DNA of 24,211 nucleotides from Polyangium sp. (GTDB lineage Bacteria; Myxococcota_A; Polyangia; Palsa-1104): NCBI GenBank assembly GCA_025450955.1, contig JANWLJ010000243.1, positions 1 to 24,211 of the forward strand, read 5' to 3'. Shown piece by piece: positions 8,347 to 15,512 of this stretch (position 1 is its first letter; each line of letters starts with the position of its first letter). The notes under the pieces were generated by a model. It saw only the letters and a program-made list of their open reading frames with translations, ran no database searches and was not told where the DNA came from. The position numbers and the translations under genes were made by a program.

Positions 8347-9516
8347 TCAACTCCAGATCCGCATCCTCGGGCTATCTCGGGTTGGGCCGCAGGCGGTGCA
8401 GCGCGGCAGCTTGGCCACCGCATGGAAGGTGATCTCCAGCTTGGACAGATCGAGCGAGAGCAACTTGCCGTAGGTCGCCGCCTCCGGGCCCCGACTGATC
8501 GCTCTTACGACTTCGATCGCGAGCAGCTCGGCGGGCCATTGCGCGAGCGGCGTTCCGGCGCTCGTGGACTGGTCTCCCTCTCGCATCATTTGCTCGAAGG
8601 GGCGGTAGCCCTCGAGGAATGCGACCCCGCGCTGGAACTGCTCGACGAAGCAGTGATGGCACGCGGTCACCTCTGGCACCACGGTTGGACCGATCTGGAA
8701 GATGCGCTCGTCGAGCCAGGCGACGGTGGTCCAGGGAAGGCGGAGCTCGAGCGCCGCTTCATTCACCGCCTCGAGCCACGGCTGAAACAGCGCCGGCCCC
8801 GAGGCCGCGATCACCGCGAAGGTCGCCCCTTCCAGACGGGAGCGCCACTCTTGCACCGAACCCGGCATCACGCTATCGCACTCGACCCGAATCTCGGGAT
8901 CGTCGAACGCGAGCCGCTCCTTTAAGACCTGCGCCGATGGCCGCCCCTCGTCGTCCGGCGTGCAGATGGGGTTCTGCTCGATGTCCCGCGCGGACACCTT
9001 GGAATCGTCCACAACGGTGAGGTGAGCCAGCCCGAGATGGCCGAGCGCCGAGACCAGGGCGGCAGTGCCGATCCCGCCTCCGACCAGGAGCACCCGGGCC
9101 TGCCGAATGGCCCCGAGAACCTCGTAACGGCTGCCGGTCTGCGATCCGAAATAGCGCTGGACGGTCCCGTTATGCGACCAATCGATCGCGGGCTCGAACG
9201 ACGGAGGTGGCAAGAGCTGCTCGACCAGCTCCTTTTCGATCAGCGCCTTGAGCACCGAGCGCACCCGCGCCGACTCGACCTTTCCATCGAGGCGGGCGAC
9301 GATCTCCGCCTCGTTCAGGGTGCCATCGAGCAGCGGGAGCAAATTGGGCAGCACCTTCTGCACCGCACCGCCGCGCAGGCTCATGCTCCGCTTGGCAGAG
9401 CGAAGCTGGAGCTCGGCTTCGCCGATCGGGACCGCATAGTGCTCGACGATCCGCAGCGTCGGAGAGACCGCCGGCTTCGCCGCCTCCGCTGCGCCTTCCC
9501 CTTTTCTCTCCTGCAT
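8347..9516 (-). CDS. ThiF/E1-like leader-peptide-binding cyclodehydratase partner (389 aa)
   Basis: N-terminal winged-helix/RRE-like segment (LLPLLDGTLNEAEIVARL), Rossmann-like RVLLVGGGIG...LTVVDD, and IGPTVVP. Two CxxC pairs (CHHC, CTAC). Confidence 0.9.
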   Translation of the reverse strand: MQERKGEGAAEAAKPAVSPTLRIVEHYAVPIGEAELQLRSAKRSMSLRGGAVQKVLPNLLPLLDGTLNEAEIVARLDGKVESARVRSVLKALIEKELVEQLLPPPSFEPAIDWSHNGTVQRYFGSQTGSRYEVLGAIRQARVLLVGGGIGTAALVSALGHLGLAHLTVVDDSKVSARDIEQNPICTPDDEGRPSAQVLKERLAFDDPEIRVECDSVMPGSVQEWRSRLEGATFAVIAASGPALFQPWLEAVNEAALELRLPWTTVAWLDERIFQIGPTVVPEVTACHHCFVEQFQRGVAFLEGYRPFEQMMREGDQSTSAGTPLAQWPAELLAIEVVRAISRGPEAATYGKLLSLDLSKLEITFHAVAKLPRCTACGPTRDSPRMRIWS

Positions 9517-9533
9517 GAATCCCCTCGATGTCT

Positions 9534-10217
9534 CTAAAAGAACGAGACGTCATCGACCTGGAAGGCGAAGTTCCCCACGCTCTCCCCGGGCTTGCCGTAG
9601 GTGACGATGAAGAACGCCGAGACCTGACCGCGCGCCGCCGACCAGGGCACCTTGGTGCCCCAGGAGAACTGGGAGAGCTCGCTGAACGGAACCCGCACCT
9701 GCTTCCATTCGGGTCCGGCGGTGAACACGTAATGATGAAAGTTGAAGTCGGAGATCGCCTCGCTCTGAAAGCGGAGCATATACTGCTTGCCGTCGCCCTT
9801 GATCCAGAAGGAGACTCCGTGATAACGGCTCAGGTCGATCGGCGTCGGCTGTCCGTCCACCACCGGGCCGAGCGGAAGCGCCGCGCCGGCGAACGGAAAA
9901 GGGAAGCTCTCGACGCGTGCGGTTCCGGTCACCTGAAGGCAGCGCTTGCTCCCACTCGGCCCCCCGGCTACCAGCTCCGCCTTCGCGGTGGAGACCCCGC
10001 CCGCCCCCTTGTCGTCAATGGCCTGCCACTTGGTCGTGAGCGCCGAGCCGAGATCGGATTCAAAGTTGGAGAGCTCTACCGGCGGAGCGGGCAGCGCGGC
10101 CGAAGCCTTGGCCGACGCAGCGCTCGATTTCGGGGTGGCTTTGATGTGCGGTCGACAGGATCCGACGAGGAACAGGCCCATCGTCAGTGCGATCCACCGG
10201 CCGCCCCGCCTTGCCAT
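9534..10217 (-). CDS. Predicted lipoprotein with a CIA30/CBM11-like beta-sandwich domain (227 aa)
   Basis: Signal peptide and lipobox-like MARRGGRWIALTMGLFLVGSC. Motifs WQAIDDKGAGGVS, DLSRYHGVSFWIKGDGKQY and WKQVRVPFSEL. The start at 10217 was chosen from the purine-rich RBS and may instead be a few codons upstream. Confidence 0.8.
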   Translation of the reverse strand: MARRGGRWIALTMGLFLVGSCRPHIKATPKSSAASAKASAALPAPPVELSNFESDLGSALTTKWQAIDDKGAGGVSTAKAELVAGGPSGSKRCLQVTGTARVESFPFPFAGAALPLGPVVDGQPTPIDLSRYHGVSFWIKGDGKQYMLRFQSEAISDFNFHHYVFTAGPEWKQVRVPFSELSQFSWGTKVPWSAARGQVSAFFIVTYGKPGESVGNFAFQVDDVSFF

Positions 10218-10359
10218 GATCAGCCCTTCCCTTCCCATGCGGTGTTCGACGCGGGTGCATCGTGCGGGTCGGCTCGGACAGGTGTCAAGCGCAAACGGCG
10301 CGCGCGCCTCCGGCAGGAGGTCTGAACGAACACGAAGACTCACGGGCGGATGGCGCGAA

Positions 10360-10533
10360 TTACGACGAGGAGGCCCAGCCGACGCAGCTGCACGAAGTGC
10401 AGTTGCAGCTGGTAGTACAGGCACAGGCGCCGTGCACGGCCAAAAGTGCGTTGCGATCTTCGAGCTCGACGATTTCCAGAAGGTCGGAGTCGTCCTCGGG
10501 CGAAAGTGCAGAGCGGTTGGTTTCGTCGATCAT
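10360..10533 (-). CDS. RiPP precursor peptide 3 (57 aa): MIDETNRSALSPEDDSDLLEIVELEDRNALLAVHGACACTTSCNCTSCSCVGWASSS
   Basis: AAAGGGGA RBS before ATG 10533. Acidic leader with ELEDR and a Cys/Ser/Thr-rich core, homologous to the two upstream ORFs. Confidence 0.92.
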   Translation of the reverse strand: MIDETNRSALSPEDDSDLLEIVELEDRNALLAVHGACACTTSCNCTSCSCVGWASSS

Positions 10534-10613
10534 GTTATCCCCTTTGGTGTTTAGGCGACGCACCAAGCCACGCAGCTGCACGAGGTGCAGTCGCAGCTGG
10601 TGGTGCAGGCGCA
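10383..10613. repeat. Direct repeat of the core-coding segment in precursors 3 and 2 (10383-10425 vs 10571-10613)
   Basis: The 43-nt segments differ at 5 positions: 4 synonymous third-position changes and one AAC/GAC (N/D) change. Confidence 0.9.
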
Positions 10614-10727
10614 AGCTCCGCTCAACTGCGGAACCCGATCTTCCAACTCCACGATCTCCAACAGTTCGTCTTCTGCTGGAGCCGCATCCAGCTTCATCTC
10701 GGATGCGTCATTGTCCCGCAGCGACAT
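10551..10727 (-). CDS. RiPP precursor peptide 2 (58 aa): MSLRDNDASEMKLDAAPAEDELLEIVELEDRVPQLSGACACTTSCDCTSCSCVAWCVA
   Basis: Hand-translated and absent from the ORF track. ATG 10727 lies 1 nt after the precursor 1 stop; TAA at 10551-10553. Same leader motif and core as its neighbours. Confidence 0.92.
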   Translation of the reverse strand: MSLRDNDASEMKLDAAPAEDELLEIVELEDRVPQLSGACACTTSCDCTSCSCVAWCVA

Positions 10728-10728
10728 G

Positions 10729-10899
10729 TCAGAAGGTCACGACGCAGGAGCACGACGTGCAGTCGCAGGAGCAGGAACAGCCGCAGCCGAGCTCGACCTT
10801 GAGCGCGACGCGATCCTCGAGCTCCTGAAACAAGAGCTCATCGTCTCCGATGTCGATGATTTCACTTCCGCTTTGCGACTCCAATTCCTTCTTATCCAT
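10729..10899 (-). CDS. RiPP precursor peptide 1 (56 aa): MDKKELESQSGSEIIDIGDDELLFQELEDRVALKVELGCGCSCSCDCTSCSCVVTF
   Basis: GGAGGT RBS before ATG 10899. Acidic leader with ELEDR and a core with 7 Cys. Confidence 0.92.
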   Translation of the reverse strand: MDKKELESQSGSEIIDIGDDELLFQELEDRVALKVELGCGCSCSCDCTSCSCVVTF

Positions 10900-11046
10900 G
10901 GACACCTCCCAATCGCGCTTTCGCGCATTCAAGTCGACCAAAAACTCATATGGAATTTGAGAAAAAGGCTGGAATATCAGGCGAGACCGGCCGCTGACCG
11001 ACGACTCCGCACCCACTCCTCGACCTCTCCATCTCCACCTTCCCCC

Positions 11047-11060
11047 GTGTCAGATGACAC
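11047..11060. promoter_or_regulatory. Inverted repeat GTGTCA-GA-TGACAC, candidate operator
   Basis: Perfect 6-bp inverted repeat with a 2-nt spacer in the divergent intergenic region. Function is inferred only. Confidence 0.4.
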
Positions 11061-11082
11061 GCACTGCGACCAATCGGCATCA

Positions 11083-11112
11083 TCACTACGCTCCCGAATG
11101 TCACTCTGTCAA
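11083..11112 (-). promoter_or_regulatory. Possible sigma70-type promoter for the precursor operon
   Basis: Perfect TTGACA on the minus strand (11112-11107), 18-nt spacer, weak -10 TAGTGA. Confidence 0.4.
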
Positions 11113-11164
11113 TTAAAAGAAGGGCTCATCCAACGATTTTGGGAATATTCGAATCGGGAGCTGC

Positions 11165-11193
11165 TTGACAACGCACAGCGTCGATTTTAGCCT
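11165..11193 (+). promoter_or_regulatory. Sigma70-type promoter for the fusion/JmjC operon
   Basis: TTGACA (11165-11170), 17-nt spacer, TAGCCT (11188-11193). The ATG at 11204 follows 10 nt later. Confidence 0.65.
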
Positions 11194-11203
11194 GCCGAGA
11201 ATC

Positions 11204-13135
11204 ATGGGGGATCTCCTCGACGCGGCGGTTCCGAGCTTAAATCCGGAGCTCGAAGTGGTTGCCGCGCCGGACGGAACACTGGTCGCGCGGCTCGCGCCGA
11301 ATCGCGCGGCGATGTTCGAAGGACCGGCCGCCAAGCTCCTTCGCCGACTCATCCCGCTCGTCGACGGTGCGAGCTCGGTCGAGAAAATCATAGAGAGGCT
11401 CGGCCCCGGAGTGCCTCCGCGGATCGCGCGCCAGCTTTTGGGACAGCTGGTCGGCACGGTGTTGATCTTCGATGCGGCCGCGCCGGCGCCAGCCGAGCGG
11501 CCGCGCGGAATCGCAGTGCTGTCCAACGGCGCCCTCGGCGAGATTCTCACCCGGCGACTGCGCGAAGCGCAGATCGCGGAGTGCACCGAGATTCGAGTCG
11601 GAGAGCTCGAAGGCCCGAACCGCGCGCCGGCCAGCCCGACGGTCGCGCGCGGCACCCGGCTCACGCTGGCGAACGGGGACGGGCAGCGCCTGACGACGGC
11701 GTGTCGCGGCGAGCTTGCGAGAGAGCACGACTTCGTGGTTTGCGCCCTGGAAGGAGTTCCCCTTCAGTGGATTCTCGAGGTGAACCAGGCGGCCCTCGAA
11801 GCGCCGGAGCGGACCTGGCTGTTCGTGGTCGCCGGACCCTCTGAGATTCTGGTCGGCCCGACGATTGTCGGCGGGCAGCCCCCGTGCTTTTTCTGCACCC
11901 GGCTCGAAGGCTTCGAAAACCAGGCGCTCCTCGCGAGCGTGGTTCCTTCCTTCGGAGCATACACACTCGCGGATCTTCCGCGCGGCAGACTGCTCGCGGA
12001 GCTCGCCGCCGGCGAGGTGCTCAAGGAGGCCGCGGCCTGGTTCGATCCGGTTTGCCGCCCGCGCCTGCGCGGCAGCACCCTCGCCATCGACTCCGAGCAG
12101 ATTAGCGCCCGCCGCCCGGCTCGCTCATCGGCGCATTGTCCCGCCTGCGCGAGCTACCGCGATCGTCCGGCTCCCGTCGGCTTTCGTTGGTCCGAGCCGC
12201 TCGCGCTCGAGCCAGCGGGCGGACGCGACCGCGATCGGTCGCCGCGCTTCTGGTCGCCCGTCACCCGGATTTTTCAAAGTCTCGCCGCCCGCGGCGCCGA
12301 CCAGCAGCCGCATGGAACCGGCACTCTTCGCGAGCACCTGACCGGCACGTGGAGAATCCTGTCGGCCTGGCGTCGCACCGAAAGCTTGCAGCTCGCCGGT
12401 CTGCTGCACAGCGGATACGGCACCGACATCTTCGAGGTGGGCCTGTTTTCCGAGGGCGAGCGCCGCGAGATCGCGCAGCTCATCGGGCCGGCCGCGGAGG
12501 AGTTGGTGATGCTATGTTGCACGGTCGACCGCGCTCACCTCTATTCGTCGCTCGCGTCGCTCGACGCGCTCTCCGCGGGGCTGACAGTGCGCAACTGGAG
12601 GACCGGAGAGCTCATGCGGCTCGATGCTGGCCGGGCGGCGGAGCTGATCACGCTCGAGATCGCCAACCTCGCCGATCAGGTTCACGATGGACGCGGGAGC
12701 CCTGGGGTTTGGATGGCCCAAAGCGCTCGCTGGATGCGACTCATCCGGTCGGTGGATTCGGACCCGCCACCGATCTTCGACGCGGGCCGCGGTGGAATTA
12801 CCGTCGAAGACGAAGCGCGGGCGCGAACCAGCTATCTAAAGGTGATTTCGGACCCGCTCGGCGATCGATGCGCGGCTCGGCGCGAGCTCGAAGAGGTCGT
12901 AGCCCTCAATCCGTGGATCGGCGAGCCGCACATTTTCCTGGGAGAGCTGGCGCTTCGCGACGGCCGCTCTGCCGAGGCGCTGCACCAGGGGCGCGCCGGG
13001 GCGGACTTGCTGGCAGCGTGGGGAACGGCGTGGGACAAGCGGGAGCAATGGAGCGATTGGGTCTTTCGAGCCGCGACGCTGTGCCGCGCGGCCGAGCAGG
13101 CGCTCGCGACGGCCGACCTAGGAGACGGTTCGTGA
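11204..13135 (+). CDS. Fusion of a ThiF/RRE-like leader-binding region, an HD-like (DUF6817-type) domain and a TPR-like tail (643 aa)
   Basis: The N-terminal half parallels the 8347-9516 protein (LIPLVDGASSVEKI; EVNQAAL...VGPTIV; CFFC; CPAC). The middle has GTLREHLTGTWRILSAW...AGLLHSGYGT. The C-terminus has ARRELEEVVALNPWIGEPHIFLGELAL (TPR-like). ATG 11204 is preferred over the TTG at 11165, which is the -35 box. Confidence 0.8.
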   Translation: MGDLLDAAVPSLNPELEVVAAPDGTLVARLAPNRAAMFEGPAAKLLRRLIPLVDGASSVEKIIERLGPGVPPRIARQLLGQLVGTVLIFDAAAPAPAERPRGIAVLSNGALGEILTRRLREAQIAECTEIRVGELEGPNRAPASPTVARGTRLTLANGDGQRLTTACRGELAREHDFVVCALEGVPLQWILEVNQAALEAPERTWLFVVAGPSEILVGPTIVGGQPPCFFCTRLEGFENQALLASVVPSFGAYTLADLPRGRLLAELAAGEVLKEAAAWFDPVCRPRLRGSTLAIDSEQISARRPARSSAHCPACASYRDRPAPVGFRWSEPLALEPAGGRDRDRSPRFWSPVTRIFQSLAARGADQQPHGTGTLREHLTGTWRILSAWRRTESLQLAGLLHSGYGTDIFEVGLFSEGERREIAQLIGPAAEELVMLCCTVDRAHLYSSLASLDALSAGLTVRNWRTGELMRLDAGRAAELITLEIANLADQVHDGRGSPGVWMAQSARWMRLIRSVDSDPPPIFDAGRGGITVEDEARARTSYLKVISDPLGDRCAARRELEEVVALNPWIGEPHIFLGELALRDGRSAEALHQGRAGADLLAAWGTAWDKREQWSDWVFRAATLCRAAEQALATADLGDGS

Positions 13136-14361
13136 CGGCGCAGACGGCAGCGACGGCCGCCGCATCCTCCCTAATCTGGCCGCTCTCGCTAGAGGTATTT
13201 TTGGCGGAGTATTGGGCCAAACGCTGCTTCGCCTCCCACGAGCCTGCCGAGCGCCTGCCGGCCGACTTGCGCGAGCTTTGCCAGCTCCAGCTCCCGCAGC
13301 TGCTGGCGCTGGCCGAGGGCCCGGTGCTGGTCATGTACGCGACGCGCGCCGGGGCGTACCGGAGCTCGGAGGTCGCGCCGGCACAGGCGCTCGGATTTTA
13401 TCAGGCGGGAATGACCCTCTACTTCCATCTCGACAAGCGGCGTCCCGAAATTCACCGTTGGCTGCAGGCGCTCGCGGCCGATCTCCGCCAGCCCGTCGAT
13501 GCCCTCCGCTTCAGCGTCTTCGCTACGGATCGCGGCGGCATCACTCAGTGTCACTTCGACATCAATCACAACTTCACCCTCCAGGTTCGCGGCCGCAAGC
13601 GCTGGAAGATCGCCGAAAACCATTTCGCGATTCGTCCGCTTGAGCGCTTCACCGTCTCGGACCGCGTTCCGGAGATCCTGCGGCTGCACACCGTCGAGGA
13701 GCCGCCGCGCTGTCTGCCGCCGGACGCGCAATCGATCGAGCTATTTCCCGGCTCGATGGTCTACGTTCCGCGCGGTGATTGGCACGAGGTGGAGGCGCTC
13801 GAGGAGTCGCTGTCGTTCAATTTATCCTTCTCGCCGGTGACCTGGTTATCGCTCGTGCTCCCGGCAATTCGTCACTGCCTCGCCGCGCATGAGGAGTGGC
13901 GAGAAGAGGCGACCGGAGCTTGGGGTGGCCTCGCCGAGCGTGCCGAAGCTCGTCGGAGATTGGCCGCGTTGATCGCGCGCCTGCCCCAGGATCTGACGAG
14001 CTTGGCGGCGGAAGATCTCCTGCCGGCCTCTCGACATGCGGTCGATCGCGGTCCCTTCGAAGGCGATGCCCGGTTTCGCCGCAATCAGATGGCCACCTTC
14101 GGGATCGAACGTACCAAGGGCTCGGCGGAGCCGCACACCGTGGTGGTGATCACGGTTCCGGGAGGCCCCTCCGCCGGGCTTCGTCTCTCGCCGCCTGCGC
14201 TCGCGGCCTGCCGCGTGATCTTGCAAAAGACAGGTCCATTTTCAATTGGCGAGCTCGCGGCGACGGTGCCCAGCTTGGAGCCGGCGGCGCTCAGCCAACT
14301 CCTCGCCCAGTTGGTCGAGATTGGCTTCGTCCAACGCATCGAGGCCGATCGCCCCGGCTGA
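13132..14361 (+). CDS. JmjC/cupin-4 (YcfD/ROX-like) Fe(II)/2-oxoglutarate oxygenase (409 aa)
   Basis: FLAEYWAKR start motif, HxD (CHFD), LQVRGRKRWK and distal His (PRGDWHEV), with a C-terminal winged-helix-like tail. AGGAG RBS; GTG 13132 overlaps the upstream stop. Confidence 0.9.
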   Translation: MTAQTAATAAASSLIWPLSLEVFLAEYWAKRCFASHEPAERLPADLRELCQLQLPQLLALAEGPVLVMYATRAGAYRSSEVAPAQALGFYQAGMTLYFHLDKRRPEIHRWLQALAADLRQPVDALRFSVFATDRGGITQCHFDINHNFTLQVRGRKRWKIAENHFAIRPLERFTVSDRVPEILRLHTVEEPPRCLPPDAQSIELFPGSMVYVPRGDWHEVEALEESLSFNLSFSPVTWLSLVLPAIRHCLAAHEEWREEATGAWGGLAERAEARRRLAALIARLPQDLTSLAAEDLLPASRHAVDRGPFEGDARFRRNQMATFGIERTKGSAEPHTVVVITVPGGPSAGLRLSPPALAACRVILQKTGPFSIGELAATVPSLEPAALSQLLAQLVEIGFVQRIEADRPG

Positions 14362-14716
14362 GCACGCTGGCGTTTTGGCACGAACACGGGAGAGCAGTTC
14401 TACCCCGGCGCGTCCAAGTGACACACGAGGAGGTGGGCGAGCCAGGCGCGGAAGCGCTTTTTGTGCGGCGGGGTCGTGGGCGAGGTCGGCGTCTTTCGAG
14501 CAGCGTGGGGCCGAGCACCGAAAAGCCGAGGGCGCGAGCGAGGCGAGCACCACCGCATAGCCGGTGTCCTCGCGCGACGGCTTGGGTCCCTTTTTGAGCC
14601 GCCTACTGCGCAGCCCGTGGGCGGCGGTGACCACCGCGGCGAGCCCGACTGCGGGTTTAGAGCCGACGTGAACATCCGGAACGGCGCATCGTGAACACCC
14701 GTTTCGCAGCAGCGTG

Positions 14717-15270
14717 GTGAGCGATCGGCCGTCGGCGCATTGCGAGTCGACGGGTAGCGTGAATCGGTTTTCAAAGAGCGTTATCGACGGGAAAGCGTGA
14801 CGATCAGGAGCTATCGGTGGCTGGTCGCCAGCGACTCGGCAGTAGCTCGGCGATCTTCGATTGCGGGTGCGACTGGACGCGGAGCAGCACGTCTTTGAGA
14901 TAGTCGAGCGGGGTGACGCCGTGTGATTCGCACGTCGCGACGAGCGAATAGAGACCGGCGATGTTTTGGCCGGCTTCGTCGTGGCCGACGAAGAGGAGGT
15001 TTTTCCGACCGAGCGCGACGACACGCAGCGCCCGCTCCGAATTATTGTTTGTCGAGTGGATATTGCGGCTGTTCGATAAAGCGCGTCAGCGCGTCCCATT
15101 GATTGAGCGCGTAGCGGATGGCGACGCCGATCGGACTCTTCGGCGGATGTACGTCGAGATTTTCGTCGAGCCAGCGCTTGATCTCGTCGAGGATCGCGCG
15201 GCTGTACGTACGGCGCATCGCCAGATGCTCCGCCGTCCGCACGACGCCGAGCGTCCGTCGCGCTCGCGCT
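14717..15270 (-). mobile_element. IS66-family remnant: right end plus frameshifted tnpC 3' part
   Basis: Translates as ...PPKSPIGVAIRYALNQWDALTRF...PLD, then a +2 frameshift at ~15042-15052, then SERALRVVALGRKNLLFVG...[21 protein letters not shown]...ELLPSRW* (stop 14804-14806). The end GTGAGCGATCGG at 14717 is shared with the second copy. Confidence 0.9.
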
Positions 15271-15387
15271 CGCTCATGAGGCCCTCCAATCCAGAGGGTG
15301 TTCCTCAGGGATCTCCGCCGTCAAGCGCCTCGCCCATGTCATCTCGCCCCGGGAGAGCGTCAGGCCAGGAGGGTCAACCTAGCTTGA

Positions 15388-15512
15388 TTATGTCGGCGGG
15401 TCCATGAAGCGCGCCGTCAGCGCGACCAACTGACCGCGAGACCGCACTCCAGTCGCGAGGAAGATGTCGTTCAGATAGTGCTTCACTGTAATCACCGACA
15501 GTCCGAGACCGG
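15388..15512 (-). pseudogene. C-terminal fragment of a LuxR-type helix-turn-helix regulator
   Basis: GLGLSVITVKHYLNDIFLATGVRSRGQLVAL matches the LuxR HTH recognition-helix pattern. The N-terminal part is absent. Confidence 0.6.

Noticed and set aside
10283-10320. Short hairpin CCTCC-GGCA-GGAGG, palindrome GGCGCGCGCGCC and a minus-strand TTGACA between the precursors and the lipoprotein
   Set aside because: The stem is only 5 bp with no U-tract, and there is no good -10 box. It could be an attenuator or internal promoter but is too weak to call.
16-10554. Many long plus-strand ORFs opposite the operon (e.g. 16-1056, 7381-8925, 2854-3657)
   Set aside because: They are antisense shadows of well-supported minus-strand genes in high-GC DNA, with no recognisable motifs.
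10360-10899. Repeats in the precursor region as a possible CRISPR array or metallothionein genes
   Set aside because: The repeats are codon-conserved coding paralogues without a repeat-spacer structure. The acidic leaders and YcaO context favour RiPP precursors.
12136-13131. N-terminal extension of the 741-aa ORF 12136-14361
   Set aside because: Arg/Ala-rich alternate frame of the fusion gene. The JmjC gene has its own RBS and GTG at 13132.
14362-14716. Short ORFs between the JmjC gene and the IS66 end
   Set aside because: No recognisable motif or RBS in any frame. It may be further degraded element sequence but cannot be supported.
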